Origin: Actinomycetes bacterium
GTDB lineage: Bacteria; Actinomycetota; Acidimicrobiia; Acidimicrobiales; JABEUL01
Assembly (NCBI GenBank): GCA_021852345.1
Contig: JAJZNL010000036.1
Span: 1,179 to 65,178 of the forward strand
Direction: 5' to 3'
Length of the DNA stretch: 64,000 nucleotides
In this document: piece after piece, positions 10,008 through 19,850 of the stretch
How positions within the stretch are numbered: position 1 is the first letter of the stretch
How the letters are laid out: each line of letters starts with the position of its first letter
The notes under the pieces: model-generated
Database searches by the model: none
Told to the model about the DNA's origin: nothing
What the model saw: only the letters and a program-made list of their open reading frames with translations
Program-made: the position numbers and the translations under genes

Positions 10008-10051
10008 TTTATTATGTAATTTTGAAAAACCAATTTATAGTTAACAGCTGA

Positions 10052-12784
10052 TTATGAATTTTTTTTGGCAGTCGATTTCTTAGCGACAGTTTTCTTAGAC
10101 GTGGCTTTCTTAGCAGGTGATTTCTTGGTAGTCGATTTCTTGGCAGTCGATTTCTTGGCAACGGCTTTTTTGGCGGGTTTGCCAGAAGCACCTTGAGCCG
10201 CTCGTCTTTCAGCCAATAGTTCTACTGCTCTATCTAATGTTACTGTAGCAGGGTCATCACCTTTTCTCAAAGAAGCATTTGTAATACCGTCGGTAACATA
10301 AGGTCCGAACCTTCCACTTTTAACAGAGACTTTGCCCGAAGAATTCGGGTCAACTCCTAAATCAAGAGAAGAAGAGCTTTGTCTGCTTTGCCATTTTGTA
10401 GTTTTAGGTTGGGCCAAAAGTTCCAAAGCCTCGCTTAAATCAATTTTAAGAAGTAAATCTTCAGATTCTAAAGTCCTTGTATCTTTCCCTCTTTCAATGT
10501 ACGGTCCGAACCTTCCGTTTTTTGCAAAAATGTGTTCTTTTGTTTCGGGATCTTCTCCCAAGTCTCTGGGCAAACTTAATAGCTTTAAGGCATCGTCCAG
10601 AGTAATCGTACTCGGGTCCATGGATTTAAATAAAGACGCATACTTTGGCTTTTCGGATTTCTTTGCCCCCTCGGGGAGAGCTTTTTGAACGTACGGTCCG
10701 AATCTCCCGTTTTTTACTGTTATTTCAAGACCGCTGAATGGATCAGATCCCAAAACCCGATCTGAGGGAGTTTTTAGAATATCCAAGGCCTTATCCAAAG
10801 TCAGCTCATCTGGAGCAAGATCTTCGGGTAGTGATGCTGTCTGATCTAAATATTGCAAAAACGGGCCGTACCGACCGACCCTTACTACTAAATCATTGCC
10901 GTTTTTATCGAGCGCAATTTTAATTGAATTTATTTCCCTGGCGTCAATCTCACCTAAGTTGACCTGAACTTCATGAACTAGCCCGGGCTGCTTTTCAGTT
11001 CCGAAATAAAAATCTTTAAGATAAGGAGTCATCTCTTTGGTTCCGTCCGATATCTGGTCCAAAGCATCTTCCATCTGAGCTGTAAAATTATAATCAACCA
11101 ATTTCGGGAAAAAGTTATCCAACAAATCAACAACAGCAAAAGCCACCCATGCTGGAACTAAAGCCGTACCTTTTTTCCAAACATATTTACGTCTTTGTAT
11201 GGTATCTATTATGGAAGCATAGGTAGAGGGTCTTCCTACACCCATCTCTTCTAAAGATTTGATTAATGACGCCTCGGTAAATCTTGCCGGAGGTTGAGTG
11301 ACATGATCTTTAACATCGGTATTTTCTATCATAAGGGACTCATTTGAACTGACTTTAGGAAGAATGGCCGAATCGTCATCAACTGCAGCATCATCGTCAA
11401 TTACATCTTCATATGCCGCTAAAAATCCCGCAAAATCTATTACTCTTCCCGTCGCGCTAAATTCAAGCGACGCCGTTTCGACATCAGAAAATATCCTACT
11501 TTGGTCGATTACGTTCCCGGCTATCCGAATTTTATCCTGATGTCCAGTTGCATCTTTCATCTGAGAAGCAACAGTGCGCTTCCAGATAAGTTCATATACT
11601 TTGAGAAGGTCTCCAGAAAGTTCAACAGCTGCCTCGGAAGGGGTTTTCCAATGGTCTGACGCTGGCCTAATCGCTTCGTGTGCCTCTTGGGCATTTTTAA
11701 CTTTTGAGGTATATTTTCTCGGTACGTCAGTCAAAAACTGTTTACCGAATTGAGCCTGAACCATCCGCCTGGATGCATTTATAGCTTGATCGGACAATAT
11801 TACCGAATCTGTACGCATATAGGTAATCCAACCCTGTTCGTACAAAGCTTGAGCCGCCGACATAGTTCTGGTTGCAGAAAACTTAAGTTTCCTGCCTGCC
11901 TCCTGCTGGAGAGTGGATGTCATAAAAGGTGCGGCCGGTGATCTCTTAAACGGTTTGGTCTCCACGGAAGCAACTTTAAAACTCTCACTAATTTTTCTAT
12001 CGTCAAGTTGGTTTTTTAAATACTCGGCCTTTTCTTTGTCCAAAAGCAAAACATTCTTTGCAATTGAGCCTTCGGCATCAAAATCTTTACCAGCTGCAAC
12101 AGACAAATTATTAACCGAATCCAATTTGGCTTTTAAATATCCGTTTTCTGCTCTAAAATGAGATATTAAATCCCACCACGTACCGCTTCGAAACGCAATG
12201 CGTTGCTTTTCTCTGTGAACTATCATCTTGATTGCAACGCTTTGCACCCTGCCTGCAGACAAACCCGTCATCACTTTTTTCCATAATACCGGAGAAAGTT
12301 CGTAACCGTAAAGCCTGTCGATTATTCTGCGAGTCTCTTGGGCATCCACAAGACGACGATCCAACTGACGCCACTCCTTAACTGCGTTTAAAATCGCATC
12401 TTTGGTAATCTCATGAAACACCATTCGCTTAATCGGCACCTTCGGGTTAAGAACCTCCAATAGATGCCATGCTATGGACTCACCTTCGCGGTCTTCATCT
12501 GTTGCCAGATACAGCTCACTCGCTTCTTGAAGCAGTTTCTTAAGTTTTTTTACCTGAGCCTGTTTATTAGGAGAGATTACATAAATGGGTTTAAAATCAT
12601 GTTCGATATCGATTCCGAAATTGGCCCATTTTTCCTGTCTGTATTTTTCTGGGAGTTCGGAGGCTTTGGCAGGTAAATCTCTGATATGGCCCACCGAAGA
12701 TTCCACAATAAAATCGTGCCCTAAAAACCCCTCTATAGTGCGGGCCTTGGCCGGAGATTCAACGATAACTAGAGGTTTTGCCAT
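10052..12784 (-). CDS. topA: DNA topoisomerase I (actinobacterial type: zinc-finger-less C-terminal repeats plus Lys-rich tail)
   Basis: 910 aa. It has a TOPRIM start (LVIVESPAKA...), an ATDEDREGE motif and the active-site region YMRTDS. Repeated GRFGPY motifs occur in the C-terminal domain, which ends in AKKS/T repeats. Confidence 0.97.
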   Translation of the reverse strand: MAKPLVIVESPAKARTIEGFLGHDFIVESSVGHIRDLPAKASELPEKYRQEKWANFGIDIEHDFKPIYVISPNKQAQVKKLKKLLQEASELYLATDEDREGESIAWHLLEVLNPKVPIKRMVFHEITKDAILNAVKEWRQLDRRLVDAQETRRIIDRLYGYELSPVLWKKVMTGLSAGRVQSVAIKMIVHREKQRIAFRSGTWWDLISHFRAENGYLKAKLDSVNNLSVAAGKDFDAEGSIAKNVLLLDKEKAEYLKNQLDDRKISESFKVASVETKPFKRSPAAPFMTSTLQQEAGRKLKFSATRTMSAAQALYEQGWITYMRTDSVILSDQAINASRRMVQAQFGKQFLTDVPRKYTSKVKNAQEAHEAIRPASDHWKTPSEAAVELSGDLLKVYELIWKRTVASQMKDATGHQDKIRIAGNVIDQSRIFSDVETASLEFSATGRVIDFAGFLAAYEDVIDDDAAVDDDSAILPKVSSNESLMIENTDVKDHVTQPPARFTEASLIKSLEEMGVGRPSTYASIIDTIQRRKYVWKKGTALVPAWVAFAVVDLLDNFFPKLVDYNFTAQMEDALDQISDGTKEMTPYLKDFYFGTEKQPGLVHEVQVNLGEIDAREINSIKIALDKNGNDLVVRVGRYGPFLQYLDQTASLPEDLAPDELTLDKALDILKTPSDRVLGSDPFSGLEITVKNGRFGPYVQKALPEGAKKSEKPKYASLFKSMDPSTITLDDALKLLSLPRDLGEDPETKEHIFAKNGRFGPYIERGKDTRTLESEDLLLKIDLSEALELLAQPKTTKWQSRQSSSSLDLGVDPNSSGKVSVKSGRFGPYVTDGITNASLRKGDDPATVTLDRAVELLAERRAAQGASGKPAKKAVAKKSTAKKSTTKKSPAKKATSKKTVAKKSTAKKNS
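10064..10180 (-). repeat. Period-15 coding tandem repeat encoding the Lys/Ala/Ser/Thr tail of TopA
   Basis: Repeated gtcgatttcttggca-like units are readable on the + strand. They translate on the - strand to AKKST/AKKSP repeats. Confidence 0.9.
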
Positions 12785-12882
12785 AAGTCAATGTCCAAAA
12801 TTAAGCTTCAAAAAAATTTGTTCATATTCAATCTAGCAAACAAGCCAGAATTTATAGACATTTACTAACAATATTTAAAGTC

Positions 12883-12911
12883 TGCCGGTCATTTTTGATT
12901 TAAGACCGGCA
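12883..12911 (-). terminator. Hairpin downstream of hppA (possible intrinsic terminator, no clean U-tract)
   Basis: tgccggtc (12883-12890) pairs with gaccggca (12904-12911), an 8-bp perfect stem with a 13-nt loop. It lies ~40 nt past the hppA stop. Confidence 0.4.
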
Positions 12912-12949
12912 TAATTGACAAATTAAAAATAAGATTAACGAGCGGTCAC

Positions 12950-15262
12950 TCAGGCGGCGTTTGAAGTTTCCGAAGTCTCAGCGGGAGCTTCAGAGTCCAT
13001 CGCCCCTGTAGATCGCTTAGAGAAAGCTACTGCGCCAGCAATTATTACCAATGCCACGCCAGCAATTGAATATCTAACTCCCGGCTTATTGGCCGTTTCC
13101 AAGATTACTGGCAGGATTAACAATGACACCAAGTTCATTACCTTAATAAGCGGGTTAAGCGCAGGTCCTGCAGTATCTTTAAAAGGATCTCCTATGGTGT
13201 CGCCGATTACGGCAGCCTTATGAGCCTCAGAGCCTTTTCCACCCTCGTTGCCGTCTTCAATATATTTTTTGGCATTATCCCAAGCTCCACCCGAATTGGA
13301 TAGGAAGTTTGCCATTAGCTGTCCAGTTAAAATCGCAGCCGCCAAGAAAGCTCCCAAGGCAAGATATCCGATTCCAAATCCAACTATTACTGGAGTTAAA
13401 ACCGCCAATAGAGCCGGCGTCGCAAGCTCCCTCTGGGAAGCTCGGGTGCAAATTGAAATCACCCTACCATATTCAGGCTTTTCCGAATAATCCATAATCC
13501 CCGGGTGCTCACGAAACTGACGGCGGACCTCCTGAACGACTGTTCCCGCAGTCCTGCTGACTGCGCGGATTGCCAGAGCTGAAAACAAAAACGCTACCGA
13601 ACCACCAATTAAGAGTCCGATGAAGATCTTGGGGTTAGAAACGTTAATCTGAGTCAGCGGACTTGTAAACAGATGCTTACTACTGAGTCCATAGTGAGAA
13701 CCAATCGTTTCAATAAAGGATGCAAAAAGCGATACGGCGGCGATAACGGCCGATCCGATTGCCACACCTTTGGTGATTGCCTTTGTCGTATTGCCTACTG
13801 CATCTAAAGAAACCATAATTTTTTCAGCTTCACCCGTAAATTCACCCGACATCTCAGCCACACCTGCGGCATTATCTGACACTGGTCCGAAACTGTCTTC
13901 TGAGACCACCATTCCAGCCGTTGAAAGCATTCCGATTCCGGTAAGAGAAACCAAATAAAGAGATAGTTCGATATTTCCGTTACCCAACCAAACCGCCACT
14001 CCAATTGCAACCGCAATTGCCAATATTGCCCAAACCGAAGATTCAAGACCAATGGCAATACCAGCCAAAGTAGTCGTAGCTGGGCCAGTTCTGGCCGAAG
14101 TCGCTATTTCCCTAACGGGCTTTCTCGTAGTAGAAGTAAAATGCTCGGTGATTGCCGATGCCACCAAAGTCAACAAGACACCCGTTAAAACTGCATAAAA
14201 TGCCTTCATGTAGTGCAGATACAGTCCTGCTACTAGTCCAGCACCAACAACAGTCAATACTGCTGCTGACCAAACTCCTCGGTTTATTGGGCTCATAGCA
14301 TTTTTTTCATTTTTCCCGGCTCGGACTATCATGATACCGATGATTGACGCCAAGATACCGATGGCAGGAACGATCAATGGGAAAACAACTGCTTTCGCTG
14401 AGACTGCAGACTTCCCGATAGACACAAAAGCCTCGTAGCCAAGTATGATGGCTGCAATAATGGTAATAGCATATGACTCAAAGAGGTCTGCTGCCATACC
14501 TGCGCAGTCACCGACATTATCTCCGACGTTATCTGCTATCGTGGCGGCATTACGGGGATCGTCTTCGGGAATTCCAGCTTCCACTTTACCTACTAAATCG
14601 GCGCCGACGTCTGCGGCCTTAGTAAAGATACCCCCTCCGACCCTCATAAACAGCGCCAACAACGAAGCCCCAAAACCAAATCCAACGAGAACCGCGGTTG
14701 CTGAATTTTGAAATATGAATACGATAGTGGTGGCACCCAAAAGACCCAAGCCTACACAAAAAAGACCCGTAATGGCACCAGTTCGAAACGCTACCCTTAA
14801 GGCTGGGGACAGCTTACCTTCTCGTGCGGCAGCTGCTGTTCTAACGTTTCCTCTAACGGCTAAAGACATCCCGATATACCCAGTGGCACCCGAGCAAATA
14901 GCTCCCGCCAAAAAACAAAGAACCCGGTAAAGTCCTGCATCCACAAAAGATATGGCCACCTGACCTCCAGGTTTAACCACCTGAGTCGCCGTGAAAAAGA
15001 TCAGCACGGCTAAAGGCACAACGATCGCCAATATAGTTTTAAATTGGCGAGACAGAAATGCTTGAGCACCTTCCTGTATAGCTTTTGCGATATTCTTCAT
15101 CGAATCAGTTCCTTGATCCGCCTTCAGTACCGAATTTGTCAATATCAGAGCGGTAATAACCGAAATTAACGCTGCGGCTAGAGCAAACACCAGCCAACCC
15201 TTTTCGCCGCCGGTTAAAACAAAACTCTGATAACCGCCTGCTGCTGCTAATACGTGGGGCAT
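12950..15262 (-). CDS. hppA: Membrane-bound proton-translocating pyrophosphatase, K+-insensitive type
   Basis: 770 aa, polytopic. Motifs: DNVGDNVGDCAGMAADLFES, GGAWDNAKKYIE, IGDTIGDPFKDTAGP. The GNTTKA motif (Lys rather than Ala) marks the K+-independent class. Confidence 0.97.
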   Translation of the reverse strand: MPHVLAAAGGYQSFVLTGGEKGWLVFALAAALISVITALILTNSVLKADQGTDSMKNIAKAIQEGAQAFLSRQFKTILAIVVPLAVLIFFTATQVVKPGGQVAISFVDAGLYRVLCFLAGAICSGATGYIGMSLAVRGNVRTAAAAREGKLSPALRVAFRTGAITGLFCVGLGLLGATTIVFIFQNSATAVLVGFGFGASLLALFMRVGGGIFTKAADVGADLVGKVEAGIPEDDPRNAATIADNVGDNVGDCAGMAADLFESYAITIIAAIILGYEAFVSIGKSAVSAKAVVFPLIVPAIGILASIIGIMIVRAGKNEKNAMSPINRGVWSAAVLTVVGAGLVAGLYLHYMKAFYAVLTGVLLTLVASAITEHFTSTTRKPVREIATSARTGPATTTLAGIAIGLESSVWAILAIAVAIGVAVWLGNGNIELSLYLVSLTGIGMLSTAGMVVSEDSFGPVSDNAAGVAEMSGEFTGEAEKIMVSLDAVGNTTKAITKGVAIGSAVIAAVSLFASFIETIGSHYGLSSKHLFTSPLTQINVSNPKIFIGLLIGGSVAFLFSALAIRAVSRTAGTVVQEVRRQFREHPGIMDYSEKPEYGRVISICTRASQRELATPALLAVLTPVIVGFGIGYLALGAFLAAAILTGQLMANFLSNSGGAWDNAKKYIEDGNEGGKGSEAHKAAVIGDTIGDPFKDTAGPALNPLIKVMNLVSLLILPVILETANKPGVRYSIAGVALVIIAGAVAFSKRSTGAMDSEAPAETSETSNAA

Positions 15263-15564
15263 TAAACTAAAGCTCCTTTAAATTAATTGCCAACTGGATA
15301 CGCAGTCGACTAAAACCTAATAAATATAAATTATTTATCGCAACCAAGTACGATAAGAATTAAAGTCAACGAGCCAAAGATCCTGATAAGAATACTTTAA
15401 ATTTCTCAAGGTAATTACACCGGATTTGTCGCTAGATCGTTACTTTAATTTATGAACATTTCTATTTTAAACCAAAATGACCCTATTGTAAGTAACTTAT
15501 GACATAATCATAATTATGGTTCGGTAATTTGCGGTTTCGACACATATTTGATATTATAAAGCTA

Positions 15565-17913
15565 CTACTCTTGAACTTCAAGTTCGGAATGAAGCTCATA
15601 AGTAGGATTCAATATTATAAGTTGAGCACCTTTTTTTAATACTGTACCTTCAGCGACCAGCCTAACCCCCGGATTAATACCCGGTATCGTTCTTCTCCCT
15701 TGAAACTGAAGTGTAACTTTACCTGTCATATCCGATAACACGCATTCCAAGCTTGGAACTCCCGCTTTAGGCTGAACCCTGACTGATGTGATTCTTCCAG
15801 CAACTTTTACTCGGGATCTGGGCTGGATCAAACCGATCTTTACGCTCCCTTTTACATTTGCAACGCTAACTTGATCTTGCTCTAACTCTTTATCGGCTTG
15901 AGACCTTGCCTTGTGTCCGAATGCATGGAGTTTTCTGTCTTTTCCGGACTTGGTCAATCTAAATGGTATGACAGTTGCCGATGCATTAGGAATGACCGAA
16001 ACCAGTGCGGAAATACGTTCGGCTGTCCGGTCATGTAATACCCTTCGTAAAGAACCCACATACACCCTTCGAGGAAGCAGCACAGAAACCTCGGTGTCTT
16101 TAGAAGATATTAAATCCGACACCATGGAAACCACAGATCTGCCTAGTCTTCTGTCTGGGCACTCCACTAAATCCAATGTAATTTGAGAAAGTCCCAATTT
16201 CATCCAAGACTCTTCGAGAACATTTGACTCCAATGGATCCAATATGAAATGGACGGCTCTTAGTTCGTCGGGATCCAAAGACCTGGCATACTGTATAGCC
16301 CTTGCCGTCGCCACATCGATTCTTTCGACCATAACTAAAACAATATGTCTTTTAGCCGTAGGAGCCTCACATAGTATTTGAGCATCCTGCTCTAAAACTT
16401 TATTTTCTTCTTCATATTGTTTATGCAAATATATGAACGTAAATACCATAACTGGCATAAGTACGACCACTAGCCAGGCGCCTTCGGTGAATTTTGTAAC
16501 TATAAACATCAAATCAACAAACGTACACAATATCGCCGAAGAACCGTTAATAAGTATTTTTCTTTTGTAGCCTCTCTCTTTGTAAGTCAAATGATGTTTG
16601 ACCATTCCGGCACCGGCCAACGTAAAGCCCGTAAATACGCCTATGGCATATAATGCGATTAGCGAACTGACTTGTGCCCGCGTTGCAACCAGCAGCGCGA
16701 TCGAAACCACAGTCAGCACCATAATTCCGTTTGAAAAGACCAAGCGATGACCTCGTTTTGTCAGCTGCCTAGGTAAAAATGAATCTTCGGCCGCAAAACT
16801 AGCCAGCAGCGGAAATCCAGTAAAACTGGTATTTGCCGCCAAAACCAAAATCATCATCGTGGAAAATTGCAATAGCAAATACAAAAAATGCCCGAACTGG
16901 CCGTGCCCGTAAACTACATCAGCTATCTGAGCGACAACGGTAGGAGTCTCCGACAGACGGGGAATAGGGTGAATTTTGGCCGACAGAATCGAGATCCCAA
17001 AAAACATGGATCCCAAAATTAAACTCATTGAGATAAGAGTTACTTTTGCATTTTTAACCTGACCGTCAATACCGTCGATTACCTTATGACCAAATTTGTA
17101 TCTTGTCTTAAAAACCGAGACACCGTTCGATATGGCTTCGGTGCCAGTAAGAGCAGTTCCACCGTTTGCAAAAGCCTGAGCAATAATAAAAAATGACGCA
17201 CCCATCATTAACCCCGAGGACGCATGGCCTATGGAGATAGCACCGCTTTGATGCATGCTCTGTACCGAAAGGTGACCGAAAAACCACTCATAGAGCCCGA
17301 CGCCAATTAATAGGTACAAGTTAGCGATAAAGACAAATGTGGGGAACGAAAATGCTTTCCCCGCTTCTCTTATTCCTCTTAAATTTCCAAAGGCAATTAT
17401 CAATACAAATAATACGGATATCTCGGTCTTGAAACCTCCTAACGTCGGAACCGCTGATACTAACGCATCCACGCCCGAAGCGACCGACACGGCAACTGTT
17501 AACGTATAGTCAATCAAAAGGGCCGCCGAAGCGATCTGAGCCACAGAATTACCGAAATTATCACGTGATACGACATAGGCACCGCCGGCTTTCGGATAAG
17601 CGGGTATTACCTGTAGGTACGAAAGGGTGACTGCCAACAACACAACCAAAATACCGATTGTAACCGGGACGACTAAAGTATATGCTCCTACCCCGATTGC
17701 AATAATAAGTACTATTAGAATCTGTTCGGTGGCATAAGCACAAGACGACATTACGTCAGATGACAAAATCGCCAAAGCAATTGATTTATTAAGTTTTTCC
17801 GAGGACAGCTTTTCTGAAACTAGAGGTTGCCCCAAAAACAGTCTTTTAAGTCTGTAAGTAAATGTCTCTGCGGGACTATAACTTTTTGCTGTTTCGAATT
17901 CTTCCATGACCAC
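15565..17913 (-). CDS. APC-superfamily permease fused to a cytoplasmic domain and a C-terminal OB-fold
   Basis: 782 aa. The first ~500 aa are polytopic APC-like. They are followed by a soluble domain (RHIVLVMVERIDVATARAIQYARSL...). The last ~110 aa read VKVAGRITSVRVQPKAGVPSLECVLSDMTGKVTLQFQGRRTIPGINPGVRLVAEGTV...LNPTYEL, an OB-fold pattern. The start is GTG 17913 or ATG 17907. Confidence 0.85.
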   Translation of the reverse strand: MVMEEFETAKSYSPAETFTYRLKRLFLGQPLVSEKLSSEKLNKSIALAILSSDVMSSCAYATEQILIVLIIAIGVGAYTLVVPVTIGILVVLLAVTLSYLQVIPAYPKAGGAYVVSRDNFGNSVAQIASAALLIDYTLTVAVSVASGVDALVSAVPTLGGFKTEISVLFVLIIAFGNLRGIREAGKAFSFPTFVFIANLYLLIGVGLYEWFFGHLSVQSMHQSGAISIGHASSGLMMGASFFIIAQAFANGGTALTGTEAISNGVSVFKTRYKFGHKVIDGIDGQVKNAKVTLISMSLILGSMFFGISILSAKIHPIPRLSETPTVVAQIADVVYGHGQFGHFLYLLLQFSTMMILVLAANTSFTGFPLLASFAAEDSFLPRQLTKRGHRLVFSNGIMVLTVVSIALLVATRAQVSSLIALYAIGVFTGFTLAGAGMVKHHLTYKERGYKRKILINGSSAILCTFVDLMFIVTKFTEGAWLVVVLMPVMVFTFIYLHKQYEEENKVLEQDAQILCEAPTAKRHIVLVMVERIDVATARAIQYARSLDPDELRAVHFILDPLESNVLEESWMKLGLSQITLDLVECPDRRLGRSVVSMVSDLISSKDTEVSVLLPRRVYVGSLRRVLHDRTAERISALVSVIPNASATVIPFRLTKSGKDRKLHAFGHKARSQADKELEQDQVSVANVKGSVKIGLIQPRSRVKVAGRITSVRVQPKAGVPSLECVLSDMTGKVTLQFQGRRTIPGINPGVRLVAEGTVLKKGAQLIILNPTYELHSELEVQE

Positions 17914-17940
17914 TATTACTCTTCCATGACCACTATTACT
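17901..17940. repeat. Perfect 20-bp tandem duplication spanning the start codon of the permease gene
   Basis: cttccatgaccactattact occurs at 17901-17920 and again at 17921-17940. Confidence 0.97.
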
Positions 17941-18372
17941 AATGTGTTCCCAAATGTAACTTTTTAAAAATATTCCCGCTTAATGTTTCATCCCATAGCA
18001 GATAGGAAAGCAGTAACTTACGCTTTGCAACCTACAAATAGTGTCAAATTTTAACCAACGCTTTATCCACAATAACCGTGCAGATTATTACGTTATGTAA
18101 GGTTTTTAAATACACAGACTGATCAGTTTGATTAAGTTAAATTGAACGCTAAACAATTTAGATTTATTTATCTTAATTTAATTTAACACCGATATAAACA
18201 AATGTAATTCCATTGGGTCTGAACATAACCTGGCCAAGATTGTCTCATAGGAGTACTGTACTCAAGTTTGGTCCATGGTGACCTAACGAGGTTTATTACT
18301 AATAAACAAATTACTTTTGGTAAAGTTAATAACTGTCATAGATAAATATTTAACAAGGGTTCAGTTTTTAAA

Positions 18373-19035
18373 ATGCATTTTATAATAGTAGGGTGCGGCA
18401 GGGTAGGTTCAGGGTTGGCAGCCGAACTTGAATCACTCAATCACACAGTCACGATTTTGGACAAGAACATTAATTCTTTTAAAAGACTCCCTGAGGACTT
18501 TAAAGGCACGAAGTTAGTAGGATTCGGTTTTGACAAAGACAGCTTAATACAAGCCGGCGCAAAAGAAGCTTTCGGATTAGCCGCAGTTACAAGCGGCGAC
18601 AACTCTAACATACTTACAGCCCGGATAGCCCGTGAAACATTTGAAATCGAAAACGTAGTTGCCAGAATATACGACCCTCGTCGGGCGGAAATATACAGAA
18701 AGTTGGGAATACCGACAGTCGCCACCGTGTCCTGGACAACCAATCAGGTATTAAGGAAACTTATTAAAGGTTCTAAAGCAATGGAATGGTCTAATTCCAC
18801 CGCACAGCTGAAAATGTATGAAATTGTTATCGGTTCAGAATTTGTTGGCAAACCCGTATCGACCTTCGAGAAACAAGATGCTTTCAAGATTATAGGAATA
18901 ACAAGGGCAACCCAATCTTTTATTGCTAAGAATGAAACGGTTATACAGGAAGGCGACGTAATCTACATTGTGGCCGAAGCGACCAAAATAGACATATTAA
19001 ATGAAACATTTAATATCAGCATGGATCTGATTTAG
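18373..19035 (+). CDS. trkA: TrkA-family K+ transport regulatory protein (RCK: TrkA-N + TrkA-C), CeoB-like
   Basis: 220 aa with the Rossmann motif IIVGCGRVGSGLA and a C-terminal TrkA-C-like segment. It is the first of a tandem pair. Confidence 0.9.
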   Translation: MHFIIVGCGRVGSGLAAELESLNHTVTILDKNINSFKRLPEDFKGTKLVGFGFDKDSLIQAGAKEAFGLAAVTSGDNSNILTARIARETFEIENVVARIYDPRRAEIYRKLGIPTVATVSWTTNQVLRKLIKGSKAMEWSNSTAQLKMYEIVIGSEFVGKPVSTFEKQDAFKIIGITRATQSFIAKNETVIQEGDVIYIVAEATKIDILNETFNISMDLI

Positions 19036-19044
19036 GAGGACCCA

Positions 19045-19704
19045 ATGAAAGTAGCAATTTGCGGAGGCGGCAATGTTGGAACGTTTCTTGCATACGATCT
19101 AGCCGACACCGGCCATAAGATCAAAGTTTTGGAAAAGAATCCCGACCTCGTTAAAAGAATGCCGCATAACGATTCAATTGACTGGATTGAGGCCGACGCA
19201 TGCGAAGTTTCCCTCTTACAAAAGGCTGGCTTTCACGAAGTAGATGTCGTGGTGGCAGCTACTGGAGACGACGAGGACAACTTGGTTATCAGCCTTTTGT
19301 CCAAACAAGAATTTGGAGTTCCTAGAGTAATAGCCAGAGTTAATCATCCCGAGAATATGTGGCTTTTTAATGAAACCTGGGGTGTGGATGTATCAGTTTC
19401 CACACCACACCTATTGTCGGCCTTAGTTGAGGAGGCATTCAGCGTTGGATCTGTAGTTCAACTGCTTCAATTTAACAATGGACAAACCGAACTCGTCGAA
19501 ATTACACTTGCGGATAGCTCACCCGCGGTGGGTCAAACCATTGAGGACTTAGATTTGCCTCGCGACGTCGCTATCGTAGCGTTGACGCGAGACTCCCACA
19601 TAACTTCACCGAGGCCAACTTCATTGTTGGTAGAAGGCGATTCGCTTTTAATCCTACTGAAATCAGAAAACCGCCAATCTATAAAAGACGCTTTAATAGA
19701 TTAG
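19045..19704 (+). CDS. trkA: TrkA-family K+ transport regulatory protein, CeoC-like
   Basis: 219 aa with VAICGGGNVGTFLA. It starts 9 nt after the first trkA stop and has the same architecture. Confidence 0.9.
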   Translation: MKVAICGGGNVGTFLAYDLADTGHKIKVLEKNPDLVKRMPHNDSIDWIEADACEVSLLQKAGFHEVDVVVAATGDDEDNLVISLLSKQEFGVPRVIARVNHPENMWLFNETWGVDVSVSTPHLLSALVEEAFSVGSVVQLLQFNNGQTELVEITLADSSPAVGQTIEDLDLPRDVAIVALTRDSHITSPRPTSLLVEGDSLLILLKSENRQSIKDALID

Positions 19705-19850
19705 CTTTTTTTAAAAAATAAAAAGTATCGCAACAAACATTAACAATTATTAAAATCTAGGTAGGCTTTAAGTTAAATTTGAACCAAAACATGGTCCATT
19801 GAAAATTATTGCAGTAAAATTTATAATAGCGATGACCGATCTAAATTTTT

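Noticed and set aside
10064-10180. Regularly spaced 15-bp repeats (and the 30-bp repeat at 62396..62455) were considered as a possible CRISPR-like or satellite array.
   Set aside because: The units are contiguous without spacers. They lie inside well-supported CDSs and translate to Lys/Ala tails, so they are coding low-complexity repeats, not CRISPR.
13248-14930. Several 60-90-aa plus-strand ORFs (13248, 13309, 13770, 14445, 14715) and a minus-strand one (13804..14058) lie inside hppA.
   Set aside because: All lie wholly within the strongly supported hppA CDS. They have Ala/Pro/Ser/Thr-rich shadow-frame composition and no motifs, which is typical of antisense or off-frame ORFs in a Gly/Ala-rich membrane gene.
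17941-18372. I looked for a c-di-AMP (ydaO-type) or other riboswitch in the leader of the trkA pair.
   Set aside because: No recognisable conserved riboswitch core was visible by eye, only AT-rich sequence. This cannot be excluded without a covariance-model scan.
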